Under the pieces are notes generated by a model. It worked only from the letters and a program-made list of their open reading frames with translations, did no database searches and was not told the DNA's origin. From contig JBGUOO010000041.1 of NCBI GenBank assembly GCA_045129775.1, positions 1,545 to 65,544 of the forward strand: 64,000 nt of DNA, given 5' to 3'. Numbering within the stretch: the stretch's first letter is position 1; each line of letters begins with the position of its first letter. Below, piece after piece: positions 1 through 9,600 of the stretch. The DNA comes from Elusimicrobiaceae bacterium (GTDB taxonomy: Bacteria; Elusimicrobiota; Elusimicrobia; Elusimicrobiales; Elusimicrobiaceae). Both the position numbers and the translations under genes were made by a program.

Positions 1-1
1 A

Positions 2-985
2 ACGCGCCTGTTGCCGCCGGAAATTGACAGCTTAATGTTTATGGCGTCGTTGCCGTCGGCCGATTTGGTGCTTAGCGGGGTAGTGGGTGCGGTGGGTTTT
101 ATGCCGCTAATTAGCGCCATTAAAGCCGGCAAAACCATTGCGCTAGCGAACAAAGAGCCCATGGTCATGGCCGGCAAAACCATTATGCAGGAGTGCGAAC
201 GCTGGCAAGCCGCCATCATCCCCGTGGATAGCGAGCCCTCGGCCATTTTCCAATGTTTGGGCGGCCTTGCCAACGAACATAGTTACGGTAAAATTTCCAA
301 AGATATTTCCCGCATTTTTTTAACCGCGTCCGGCGGGCCGTTTGCTAAGTATGACGGCAATTTGGACGACGTAACCCCACAGCAAGCATTAAATCACCCG
401 CGCTGGAAAATGGGTAAAAAAATTACGGTGGATTCGGCCACGCTGATGAACAAGGGGTTTGAGTCCATTGAGATTATGAATTTGTTTAATTTGCCCGAAG
501 AAAAGGTGCAAATTGTCATTCACCCGCAATCTATTGTACACTCGGCGGTGGAATTTTACGACGGTGCTATTTTGGCCCAACTGGGCGAGCCTGACATGCG
601 CGTGCCTATTCAGTACGCCATTACTTACCCCCAGCGCGCGCCCAGCCCGGTTAAAAAATTGAACTTGTTTGAAACCGCCAAACTGGAGTTTTTTAAGCCT
701 GATTTGTCGCGCTTTGTATGCTTGGACTTAGCCTTAGCGGCGGCCCGCACCGGCGGCGTTACCCCGGCCGTGCTTAGCGCCGCAGACGAAATTGCCGTGG
801 ATGCCTTTTTAAAAGGGCAAATTAAATTTACGGAAATTTCTAAACTCATTTACACCGTGCTTCGCAAAACGCCCGCCACCGGCGGCATAGCCACCATTAA
901 CCAGGCCTTAGAGGCCGACCAATGGGCGCGCGAAACGGCCGTAGCGGTGTTGCAAGACGGCTCGTACAAAACCGCTGTTATTTAG
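2..985 (+). CDS. dxr: 1-deoxy-D-xylulose 5-phosphate reductoisomerase (5'-truncated by window edge)
   Basis: Motifs LANKE, PVDSEPSAIFQ, HPRWKMGKKITVDSATLMNKGFE, IHPQSIVHS; in the typical dxr-rseP-ispG-proS order. Confidence 0.97.
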   Translation, partial: TRLLPPEIDSLMFMASLPSADLVLSGVVGAVGFMPLISAIKAGKTIALANKEPMVMAGKTIMQECERWQAAIIPVDSEPSAIFQCLGGLANEHSYGKISKDISRIFLTASGGPFAKYDGNLDDVTPQQALNHPRWKMGKKITVDSATLMNKGFESIEIMNLFNLPEEKVQIVIHPQSIVHSAVEFYDGAILAQLGEPDMRVPIQYAITYPQRAPSPVKKLNLFETAKLEFFKPDLSRFVCLDLALAAARTGGVTPAVLSAADEIAVDAFLKGQIKFTEISKLIYTVLRKTPATGGIATINQALEADQWARETAVAVLQDGSYKTAVI

Positions 986-992
986 GAGGAAT

Positions 993-2102
993 ATGTTACT
1001 ATCCGTTTTAGCTGTTTTAGTAGTGCTTAGCCCCATTGTGATCATTCACGAGTTTGGGCACTTTTTGGCGTGCCGATTGACGGGTATCCGCGTGAATGAA
1101 TTTTCGTTTGGGTTTGGTAAAATTTTGTGGCACAAAAAAAAGGGACATACCGATTATCAAATCCGCGCTATTCCGTTTGGCGGGTTTGTCGAGCCGGCCG
1201 GCCCCATGTTCCACCCCGAAGATGCCAAAGAACCGCCCAAGCCCTACGAATTTGCCGCTAAGCCGTGGTATGCTAAATTTTTTATGGTCATCAACGGCGC
1301 GCTATTTAACTATGTGCTGGCCGCGGCCATTTTTGCGGTGCTGATTTTCATTCAGGGTATGCCGCAAACCGACCCCGTAAAATTGGCCCCCGTGGTGGGA
1401 ACGGTCGTTAAAAATTATCCGGCGGCGGCTATCGGGTTGCAAGAAGGCGACGTGATTACCGCTATCAACGGCCAACAAATTACGTCTTGGAACGATTTGA
1501 CCGATGCGTTAAAAGCACGCGAAAACGGCGATTTAACTTTGTCCTACACACGCGAGGGCAAGGCTCTCACTGCCACAGTAACCGAGGACCAATTTAACCC
1601 CTCCTCCCCCAAAACCTTGGGCGTAAGCGTGCAAGCCGCGTATTACAAAGTGGCATGGTGGCAAGCTATCGGTTACGGCGTGTATGAGTGCTATTATTGG
1701 ACGAAATTTTCGTTAGAATCTATCGGCAAAAGTTTTGCCAAGAAAAAAGCACCCGAATTGGCTGGGCCGATTGGTATTGTCAACATTATTCACCAAGCCG
1801 CGCACCGCAATTTGTTGGACTTTGTGTTCTTAATTGCCATGCTTTCCGTAGCCGTAGGGATGTTTAATTTGTTCCCCATACCGGTATTGGACGGCGGGTA
1901 TGCGCTGGTGTTTTTGTGGGAAGGACTTACCCATAAATTGCCGACGGAAAAAACCTTAACCCGCGCTATTAACGTGGGCATGTATGTGCTGATTTTACTG
2001 GTGGTGTATGCGTCGTATTCGGACATTAAACGCATTTTCTTTAAACCCAAAACTGCGGTGGTACAAACCGCCGAAAATGAGGCCGCAAATGTACAAAAGT
2101 AG
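993..2102 (+). CDS. rseP: RIP metalloprotease RseP (M50 family, PDZ domain)
   Basis: HEFGH zinc motif, FSFGFG, NLFPIPVLDGG; RBS AGGAGG. Confidence 0.95.
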   Translation: MLLSVLAVLVVLSPIVIIHEFGHFLACRLTGIRVNEFSFGFGKILWHKKKGHTDYQIRAIPFGGFVEPAGPMFHPEDAKEPPKPYEFAAKPWYAKFFMVINGALFNYVLAAAIFAVLIFIQGMPQTDPVKLAPVVGTVVKNYPAAAIGLQEGDVITAINGQQITSWNDLTDALKARENGDLTLSYTREGKALTATVTEDQFNPSSPKTLGVSVQAAYYKVAWWQAIGYGVYECYYWTKFSLESIGKSFAKKKAPELAGPIGIVNIIHQAAHRNLLDFVFLIAMLSVAVGMFNLFPIPVLDGGYALVFLWEGLTHKLPTEKTLTRAINVGMYVLILLVVYASYSDIKRIFFKPKTAVVQTAENEAANVQK

Positions 2103-3174
2103 AGAAGTAAAAGTTGGCAATTTTACCCTAGGAACCGGGCACCCCGTGCGCGTGCAAAGTATGTGTAATACCGACACGCGCGACCCGATAAAAACCGCCG
2201 CGCAAATTTGCGCGCTGGAAGAAGCGGGCTGTGAAATCAACCGCGTGGCCGTGCCGGATATGGACGCCGCCAAAGCCATTGGCGAAATTAAAAAACGCAT
2301 AAAGACCCCCCTGGTGGCCGATATTCATTTTGATTATAAACTGGCGTTGGAAGCCATTAAACAAGGTGTGGATAAAGTGCGCATTAACCCCGGCAACATT
2401 GGCGCGGTGGAAAACACCAAAGCCGTGGTAAAAGCCGCACAAGATAACGGCGTGGCCCTACGCATTGGGGTCAATGCGGGCAGTGTAAAATACCTGAAAA
2501 GCGTACAAGGGCGCATGGAACTTTCCGACGAGAAATGGGCCGAAGTCATGGTCAATGAGGCCCTCGAACAAGCCAACATTTTAGAGCAGTTAAACTTTAA
2601 AAATGTGGTAGTGTCTTTGAAGTCAGATAATTTTAAACGCACGGTGCTAGCCAACGAACTATTTGCCAAACAGAGCGATATTCCCTTGCACATTGGACTA
2701 ACCGAAGCGGGCAGTTTTTTAAGCGGTACCGTTAAAAGTGCGGTAGCGCTGGGGACTCTCTTGCAAAAAGGAATCGGGGCCACGATACGCGTTTCTTTGA
2801 CGGAAGACCCGCGCTTACAGGTACGCACGGCGTATGAAATTTTAAAGGCACTGGGGCTACGCGAGTATGGGCCGAATTTGATTTCCTGCCCGACGTGCGG
2901 CCGCACGCAAGTAGATGTAACGGGCACCGTGCACGCCTTGGAAGAAAAGATTTATAACGACCGCGCCCTGCGCGAAAAAGCCACCGGGCTTAAAATTGCC
3001 GTGATGGGTTGCATTGTCAACGGCCCCGGCGAAGCGCGCGATGCCGACTTTGGCATTGCCGGCGGCCGCGGCGAAGGCTTATACTTTGAGCACGGGCAAA
3101 CCATGTTCAAACTGCCGCAAGAACAATGGGTAGAATTTTTACTAGACAAAATTAAAAACTGGAAGAAGGACTAA
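2089..3174 (+). CDS. ispG: (E)-4-hydroxy-3-methylbut-2-enyl-diphosphate synthase
   Basis: PVRVQSM, PLVADIHFD, RINPGNIG, CPTCGR, GCIVNGPGEA; start moved to ATG 2089 (MYKSRE). Confidence 0.97.
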   Translation: MYKSREVKVGNFTLGTGHPVRVQSMCNTDTRDPIKTAAQICALEEAGCEINRVAVPDMDAAKAIGEIKKRIKTPLVADIHFDYKLALEAIKQGVDKVRINPGNIGAVENTKAVVKAAQDNGVALRIGVNAGSVKYLKSVQGRMELSDEKWAEVMVNEALEQANILEQLNFKNVVVSLKSDNFKRTVLANELFAKQSDIPLHIGLTEAGSFLSGTVKSAVALGTLLQKGIGATIRVSLTEDPRLQVRTAYEILKALGLREYGPNLISCPTCGRTQVDVTGTVHALEEKIYNDRALREKATGLKIAVMGCIVNGPGEARDADFGIAGGRGEGLYFEHGQTMFKLPQEQWVEFLLDKIKNWKKD

Positions 3175-3177
3175 ACT

Positions 3178-4902
3178 ATGAAATTATCACAATACTATAT
3201 CCCCACTTTAAAAGAAGCACCCAAGGATGCTGATACACTTTCGGCCAAGCTGATGATACGCGCAGGCCTGGTGCGTAAAGTAGCCAGCGGGCTGTATGAA
3301 TGGCTCCCCTTGGGGCTTAAAGTGCTTAAAAAAGTAGAAACCATTGTGCGCGAAGAAATGGACCGCGCCGGTGCGTGCGAAGTGTGGTTACCCGTGGTGC
3401 AACCCAAAGAACTGTGGGAGCAAAGCGGACGCTGGACGTTTTACGGCAAGGAACTCTTGCGTTTTGAGGACCGCAAAAAAGCCGGATTCTGCATGGCCCC
3501 CACCGCCGAAGAAGTAATGACGGACCTTGTGAAAAAAGATACTACTTCTTACAAACAACTGCCGTTTTGCTTGTACCAGTTTGGAACAAAATTCCGCGAC
3601 GAAATCCGCCCCCGTTTTGGTGTGATGCGCGCGCGCGAATTTTACATGAAAGATGCCTATTCCTTTGCCGCTAACGACGAGCAAGCCAACCAGTGGTATC
3701 AAAAAATGTACGACGCCTATCAGCGCATTTTTTCGCGTTGCGGTTTTGAATTTAAAGCCGTGGAGGCCGACACGGGCGCCATTGGCGGGAATTTTTCGCA
3801 CGAGTTTATGGTGCTGGCCGCCACCGGCGAAGACGCCATTGCCAACTGCCCCTCGTGCGGGTATGCGGCTAATACCGAGAAAGCCGAAATTCAGGCCCCG
3901 GCCGACGTCAAAATCAATCCGGCTGAGCTAAAACCCATGGAAAACAAACCCACGCCCAAAGTATATACCGTGGAAGATGTGGCTAAATTGTTGGGTGTAA
4001 GCACCGATAAAATTATCAAGCTGTTGGTATTTACCGCCGACGGCAAACCCGTGGTGGCTCTGGTGCGCGGGGACCATGAGCTCAATGAATTTAAATTTAA
4101 AGCCCTCTTAAAATGTAATGAGCTTGAAAAAGCCAGCGAAGAAGTTTACACGAAAGTTACCGGCTCGTTTGTGGGCTTTGCGGGCGCGCAGGGCCTTAAA
4201 GAGAAAAACCCGTCCGTAATGATTTACGCCGATAATTATGTAAAAAACATAGTAAACGGCGTGTCGGGCGGGAACGAAAAAGATGTGCACACCGTAAACG
4301 TCACCCCCCAGCGCGATATTAAAGTAGATGTGTATGCCGACTTAAAAATGGCTACCGCCGGCGATAAATGTGCGCGGTGCGGCGCGGAGTTTAACTTCAC
4401 GCGCGGCATTGAAGCGGGCCACGTGTTTAAGCTGGGCACGAAATATTCCGCCGCGATGGGTGCCAACTTTTTAAACGAAAAACAGCAAACCGAACCCATG
4501 ATTATGGGGTGCTACGGCATTGGAATTTCGCGCGTGGTGGCGGCGGCCATTGAGCAATCGCACGACGATTTTGGCATTATTTGGCCAGAGCCCTTGGCGC
4601 CGTTTAATGTGGCGCTCGTAGCCATTGATTATGACTCCAACCCCGAAGTCAAAAAACACGCAGACGAAATTTGCTCCGCGTTAGAGGCAAAAGGGATTTC
4701 CGTGCTTTTAGATGACCGCGACGAACGCCCCGGCATTAAGTTTAAAGACATGGACCTTATCGGCCTGCCGCACCGCTTGGTGATTAGTTCGCGCACGGTG
4801 GCCGACGGACAATGCGAGTATAAGAGCCGACGGGAAAAAGATGCCGTGCGGTGGAGTTTGAGTGAAGCTGTTAGTAAGCTAAACGAAATTGTGAAAAAAT
4901 AG
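3178..4902 (+). CDS. proS: Proline--tRNA ligase
   Basis: Class II motifs KFRDEIRPRFGVMRAREF and GCYGIGISR; INS editing domain (LVRGDHELNE); C-terminal anticodon-binding domain. Confidence 0.97.
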   Translation: MKLSQYYIPTLKEAPKDADTLSAKLMIRAGLVRKVASGLYEWLPLGLKVLKKVETIVREEMDRAGACEVWLPVVQPKELWEQSGRWTFYGKELLRFEDRKKAGFCMAPTAEEVMTDLVKKDTTSYKQLPFCLYQFGTKFRDEIRPRFGVMRAREFYMKDAYSFAANDEQANQWYQKMYDAYQRIFSRCGFEFKAVEADTGAIGGNFSHEFMVLAATGEDAIANCPSCGYAANTEKAEIQAPADVKINPAELKPMENKPTPKVYTVEDVAKLLGVSTDKIIKLLVFTADGKPVVALVRGDHELNEFKFKALLKCNELEKASEEVYTKVTGSFVGFAGAQGLKEKNPSVMIYADNYVKNIVNGVSGGNEKDVHTVNVTPQRDIKVDVYADLKMATAGDKCARCGAEFNFTRGIEAGHVFKLGTKYSAAMGANFLNEKQQTEPMIMGCYGIGISRVVAAAIEQSHDDFGIIWPEPLAPFNVALVAIDYDSNPEVKKHADEICSALEAKGISVLLDDRDERPGIKFKDMDLIGLPHRLVISSRTVADGQCEYKSRREKDAVRWSLSEAVSKLNEIVKK

Positions 4903-4918
4903 AAAACACATTCTCACT

Positions 4919-4953
4919 AAAAATTCCCCGGCTTAATCAACCGGGGAATTTTT
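4919..4953. terminator. Bidirectional intrinsic terminator between proS and a convergent pilin gene
   Basis: AAAATTCCCCGG / CCGGGGAATTTT inverted repeat flanked by A/T runs. Confidence 0.8.
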
Positions 4954-5530
4954 AGTTATACTCCACAAAATAGTAATCATATTCGGAGTTATTGGTCGTT
5001 AATTTTTTACCGGATTCTTGCTCGCAAATTTTAGAATCCGGTGCTCCCAAATCTTTGGAATATGCACGACAAACAGTGTGCATAGAACCCGAAGAAGAAT
5101 GAGCAAAACGACGTACATAAGCCATATATGGCTCATTAGATTTAAACACAAAACAAACAGCCGCTTGCGTGTAACCAGCCCCGCTTATCAATTGACATTC
5201 CCCGCCATTAAACGTACACGTAGTGGTTGTACACGACATACCACCCGGCAAATCAATATCTAAGTTTCTAAAATCATCTGTATACGTGCCATTTGCCAAA
5301 TAATACACTTCCTCGGCCTCTTCCAATGTTTTGACAATAGATTTGATGGTAGCATAACGGCTTTTCCATACGGCTACTTGGTATTGTGGCACGGCTACCG
5401 CCGCCAAAATACCAATAATTAAAACAACTACTAAAAGCTCTATAAGCGTAAAACCTTGATGAGCCCCCCTTTTTGTCGGCAAGCCGACGTTTCCCCCGCA
5501 AGGGGGACAAATAACAGCATTATCTTTCAT
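4952..5530 (-). CDS. Type IV pilin (PilE-like), poly-T-promoter class, extended leader peptide
   Basis: G|FTLIELLVVVLIIGILAAVAVPQYQ prepilin motif; SD AGGAG before ATG 5530; in-frame upstream ATG at 5554. Confidence 0.92.
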   Translation of the reverse strand: MKDNAVICPPCGGNVGLPTKRGAHQGFTLIELLVVVLIIGILAAVAVPQYQVAVWKSRYATIKSIVKTLEEAEEVYYLANGTYTDDFRNLDIDLPGGMSCTTTTCTFNGGECQLISGAGYTQAAVCFVFKSNEPYMAYVRRFAHSSSGSMHTVCRAYSKDLGAPDSKICEQESGKKLTTNNSEYDYYFVEYN

Positions 5531-5560
5531 TTTAGTTTCTCCTGTGAACGACATACTAGG

Positions 5561-5588
5561 AGTGTACCAAAAAAAAAAAACAAGTCAA
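5561..5588 (-). promoter_or_regulatory. Sigma70-type promoter with a T12 tract in the spacer
   Basis: TTGACT-TG(T12)GG-TACACT, 16-nt spacer; near-identical copy at 48247-48273. Confidence 0.75.
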
Positions 5589-5684
5589 GCGTTTCCAAGC
5601 CACGGAATTTCCGCGCTGGCCATATACCTTAAATCTTTTAGTTAGTGACCGCGAGAAGCTCGGCAAAAAATGGGACCACGTTTT

Positions 5685-5742
5685 CCCCCTCTCTGCGGTG
5701 CTAACGCACTCGTTCTCCCCCTCCAGGGGGGAGAGAAACAAC
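5685..5742. repeat. BoxC/REP-like GC-rich palindromic element
   Basis: 58 nt identical to 58860-58917; related copies at 5464, 9905, 48322 and 54727. Confidence 0.85.
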
Positions 5743-5821
5743 TGCACCGCACGGGGGTTCAATTAACAACAAAAAAACCCCAAATTGGGGGCTGTTACAG
5801 ATTCAACAACAAGATTTTTAT

Positions 5822-6907
5822 TTATTTCCTTGGGTAGAGAACATCGGTAAATTTTTTAAATTCACTTTCCCCCCCGCGAATGTGCAAACTGACCGATAAT
5901 ACATATACGTCTTTGGTCAGAATTTCGCGCCAGTTATCGGGGAATTTGACAAAGTCTTTAAACGTAGTGATAAGCGGCAAACCCGCGCGCGTGGCTTCAA
6001 AGGTACGCAGGTTTTCTTCGGTGTAGAACTGGTGATCGGCAAAGCGCCATTTTTGACGCAGAACAAGCCCCAAATCTTTAAGCGTGCGCTCAAAACTTTC
6101 CGGGTGACCCAGCGCACTAAAGCACGCCACCGGGCCTTTAATGTCCGTCAGCGGCACTTGCTTGGTGGTGCAAATATCCATGTAATATTCGGGGCGGTGC
6201 TGGCTTTCTAAAATTTCCACGGTGTCGTTATACATACGCACTTGGTCGCGCACGTTTTCCAGCTCGCGCGCGGATACTTGGTCACAATGTGTTAAAATCA
6301 CTAAATCGGCACGTTTAAGGCCGGATAGCGGCTCGCGCAAGATGCCATAGGGCAATAATTCTTTATTGCCAAACGGGTTTTTGGCGTCCACCAATATAAT
6401 ATTGGCATCGCGTTTTAAGGCAAAATGTTGCAGGCCGTCATCTAGCAAAATGATTTGGCTTTTAAAACGGCGCAAGGCCTCGTTGGCGGCGTCCACGCGT
6501 TTGTTGGCAATTACAATGGGCACTTGATACTGGCTTAAAACGCGGCTCATCATAAAGGGCTCGTCGCCGGCTAGGCGCCAATCGGCATCTGGGTTGTCAA
6601 ACAAAATAACCGGGCCGGAAGATTTATGTTGCCGCTTATATCCGCGCGAAACAATCGCTACGCGCGTGCCTTGTTTGGCCAGCGTAGTAGCCGCTAATAA
6701 AACAGTGGTTGTTTTGCCCGTTCCCCCGGCGGTTAAATTGCCAATACATACCACGCGCGAGTTGACATTTTGGGCAGTTTTCCAACCGTTTTCATACAAC
6801 GCGCGGTGCAAATAGGCACCCGCGCCATACATTTTGCTGGCCACTTTTAAAAGCCCGCGCCCCCATGCGTTAGTTTGTAAATTTTCTTTCAAAGCCAGTA
6901 AATCCAT
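5822..6907 (-). CDS. lpxK: Tetraacyldisaccharide 4'-kinase
   Basis: CIGNLTAGGTGKT P-loop, SRGY, GDEP, LLDDGLQH. Confidence 0.93.
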   Translation of the reverse strand: MDLLALKENLQTNAWGRGLLKVASKMYGAGAYLHRALYENGWKTAQNVNSRVVCIGNLTAGGTGKTTTVLLAATTLAKQGTRVAIVSRGYKRQHKSSGPVILFDNPDADWRLAGDEPFMMSRVLSQYQVPIVIANKRVDAANEALRRFKSQIILLDDGLQHFALKRDANIILVDAKNPFGNKELLPYGILREPLSGLKRADLVILTHCDQVSARELENVRDQVRMYNDTVEILESQHRPEYYMDICTTKQVPLTDIKGPVACFSALGHPESFERTLKDLGLVLRQKWRFADHQFYTEENLRTFEATRAGLPLITTFKDFVKFPDNWREILTKDVYVLSVSLHIRGGESEFKKFTDVLYPRK

Positions 6908-6991
6908 GTTAAAACTCCTAAACAAACATGGCTATATTTTAGCAAAAAAAAAGCCCCGCGGGTGAGCGGGGCGACAACGTCGGGTAACAAC

Positions 6992-7942
6992 CTAAAAGAT
7001 TTTATGGTACATGTAACGTAAGGTATCCCCAAACGAACGGCTCTGATCCTCGGGTTTATTTTCCAAAATATTGGAAAGACGCACCCGCTCTTCAACAGAG
7101 TATTTTTCCCACACCCAGGCGTTTTGGTCTTGGTCCAACTGTTGCAAAACGGCCTTGCCATTGGCACCGCCTTTGAGGCACAGCTTAACTAATTTACGCG
7201 TGGTATCAAACGGTAAGTTAGAGGCCCCGTCATACATATTGGAAACGCGGCTTTGGGAAATGACGGTTTGCAACGTATCGTTGGATACTTTCACATGGGC
7301 ACTTACCAACTGGTTAATATTGGCCAGCCAGCGTTTTTGCGTATCTTGCGAGTTGATGCCCTGTTTATACGTTTCCCCCAAGGCAAACACGTGGTTTTGA
7401 CCGGAGTTTAACAAAATCATATCCTTTAAAAAGGCCGATTGATTGGTGCGCGTGGCAAAACAACGCTGGTTAACGGCCGCCAACATCTTAGAAGAAAGCG
7501 GATGCCACTGCGCACCGCGGTGGGCAGGCGTAAAGTCAAACGGGTCCGGGCAGGTAATACCGCGGTTGTCAACCATGAGGGCGTAAAATAAGTCCGTAAG
7601 GTCTTTTTTCATGACGTACTGCAAACGCTCTTCTACCGCTTGTTTCCAATTACAGCGGTCCTTATATTCCGACAACATTTCCACCCCGCGCACGTTGTTA
7701 GCAAACACCGCAAACGGCAAAACGCGGCATGGGTCGCCCCCTTGGTTAAGCAACTGGCGCAGTTGGCCTAAAGCGTTGGGATTACCGGCGGCCTTAATCA
7801 ACAAATTATTGCGTTGAGCTACAGAAAGCACGCGGCGGTTTACAGCGTGCGAAATACGGCGATTCTGGGCAGTAGCGGGCTGAGCAACGGCTTGCATCAG
7901 TGCTAAAGTGCTGAGTACAAAAATAACAAAGAATTTTTTCAT
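6992..7942 (-). CDS. Hypothetical secreted protein
   Basis: 316-aa ORF with Sec signal peptide (MKKFFVIFVLSTLALMQAVA); no recognised domain. Confidence 0.8.
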   Translation of the reverse strand: MKKFFVIFVLSTLALMQAVAQPATAQNRRISHAVNRRVLSVAQRNNLLIKAAGNPNALGQLRQLLNQGGDPCRVLPFAVFANNVRGVEMLSEYKDRCNWKQAVEERLQYVMKKDLTDLFYALMVDNRGITCPDPFDFTPAHRGAQWHPLSSKMLAAVNQRCFATRTNQSAFLKDMILLNSGQNHVFALGETYKQGINSQDTQKRWLANINQLVSAHVKVSNDTLQTVISQSRVSNMYDGASNLPFDTTRKLVKLCLKGGANGKAVLQQLDQDQNAWVWEKYSVEERVRLSNILENKPEDQSRSFGDTLRYMYHKIF

Positions 7943-8090
7943 AATCGTTTCCTTATAATATTATTGTAGAAAGTTTATCCGGCAAATACATGGGCCAAAA
8001 GACCTATTTCAAAAGTGGAACTATAGGGAACCGGTTTTCTTTCGTAATTAGATATGCTATAATAGCTATAAGAATTAAACACCGTTTTAC

Positions 8091-8163
8091 GGGCGTGTAG
8101 CTCAGCTGGGAGAGCGCCTCGTTCGCAACGAGGAGGTCGTCGGTTCGATCCCGATCACGTCCA
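8091..8163 (+). tRNA. tRNA-Ala(CGC)
   Basis: Cloverleaf; anticodon arm CCTCG-TTCGCAA-CGAGG; G3:U70 Ala identity pair; GTTCGATC T-loop; CCA not encoded. Confidence 0.95.
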
Positions 8164-8228
8164 AATTTGAAATTAAAATGCCCTACCTATGTGGGGCTTT
8201 TTTAACAAATATAAGAAGGTAACAACCT

Positions 8229-9527
8229 ATGTCTAGTAAAATTCGTGTCAGTGAAGTGGGCCAATACCTGGGCCAAGAAATTACGTTAAAAGGCTGGTTA
8301 TATAATAAACGCTCCAGCGGCAAGTTGCATTTCTTGCAACTGCGCGACGGGAGCGGCATTATCCAGTGCGTGATGTTTAAAGGCGAAGTAAGCCCCGAAC
8401 AATTTGACCTTGGCGACAAAGTAACGCAGGAATCTTCCATTATCGTAACCGGGACCGTGCGCGAGGATAAACGCTCGCCTTTGGGGTTTGAGCTCGGCGT
8501 GAAAAATTTGGAAGTGGTGCAAATGGCCAAAGATTACCCCATTACCCCCAAAGAACACGGGCCCGAATTTTTGATGCATAACCGCCACTTGTGGTTGCGC
8601 TCGGCCAAGCAAATGGCTATTTTGCGCGTGCGCGACGAAATTATTTTTGCCATTCGCGATTATTTCCACAAACACGGGTTTATTTTGTCCGACTCGCCGA
8701 TTTTGACCCCGGCCGCGTGTGAAGGCACCAGCACGCTGTTTGAGACCGATTATTTTGGCGAGAAAGCATTTTTATCCCAAAGCGGACAGTTATATGGGGA
8801 GGCCTCGGCCATGGCGCTGGGGCGCACGTTTTGCTTTGGGCCGACGTTCCGCGCAGAGAAGTCCAAAACCCGCCGGCACCTGACGGAATTTTGGATGGTA
8901 GAGCCCGAAGTAGCGTACAACGATTTGGATGATAACATGGACCTGGCCGAAGATTTCATTAAATATATCGTCGGGCAAGTGCTCAAAAACCGCGCCGCGG
9001 ACCTTAAAATTTTGGAGCGCGACACGTCTAAACTGCAAGCCACCGTGGAAAAGAAATTCCCGCGCATTGACTACACCGACGCCATTGAAATTTTGCATAA
9101 AAAAGGCAACAACACCCCCTGGGGCGGCGACATTGGCGGCGACGAAGAAACCCTTTTGGGTGAAGATTACGACACGCCCATTATGATTCACCGCTACCCG
9201 GCCGAAATCAAAGCGTTTTATATGAAGCGCGACCCGAAAAACCCCAAAGTGGTGTTGGCTGTGGACGTGATCGGCCCCGAAGGCGCCGGCGAAATTATCG
9301 GCGGTAGTGAAAGAGAGGCCGATTACGATACACTCGTTGCACGCATCAAAGAACAGGGGTTAGACCCGCAAAATTACGATTGGTACTTGGACTTGCGCCG
9401 CTACGGCAGTGTGCCACACGCTGGGTTTGGGATGGGTATTGAGCGCATGGTGCGATGGGTATGTGGGCTACAACACGTACGCGAAACAATCCCGTTCCCG
9501 CGTATGATGGATAAAATTAGACCGTAA
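8229..9527 (+). CDS. asnS: Asparagine--tRNA ligase
   Basis: N-terminal OB fold (FLQLRDGSG), [40 protein letters not shown]. Confidence 0.96.
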   Translation: MSSKIRVSEVGQYLGQEITLKGWLYNKRSSGKLHFLQLRDGSGIIQCVMFKGEVSPEQFDLGDKVTQESSIIVTGTVREDKRSPLGFELGVKNLEVVQMAKDYPITPKEHGPEFLMHNRHLWLRSAKQMAILRVRDEIIFAIRDYFHKHGFILSDSPILTPAACEGTSTLFETDYFGEKAFLSQSGQLYGEASAMALGRTFCFGPTFRAEKSKTRRHLTEFWMVEPEVAYNDLDDNMDLAEDFIKYIVGQVLKNRAADLKILERDTSKLQATVEKKFPRIDYTDAIEILHKKGNNTPWGGDIGGDEETLLGEDYDTPIMIHRYPAEIKAFYMKRDPKNPKVVLAVDVIGPEGAGEIIGGSEREADYDTLVARIKEQGLDPQNYDWYLDLRRYGSVPHAGFGMGIERMVRWVCGLQHVRETIPFPRMMDKIRP

Positions 9528-9544
9528 CAACACCTCTATTACCT

Positions 9545-9574
9545 AAAGCGCACATTGTAAAATGTGCGCTTTTT
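9545..9574 (+). terminator. asnS intrinsic terminator
   Basis: AAAGCGCACATT / AATGTGCGCTTT followed by a T run. Confidence 0.85.
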
Positions 9575-9600
9575 TATTATACTATAGGTACAATTTGATC

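Noticed and set aside
5556-5762. Short ORFs 5556-5762 and 58698-58916 sharing FLSPLEGENECVSTAERG
   Set aside because: The shared peptide is just the translation of the identical 58-bp palindromic repeat.
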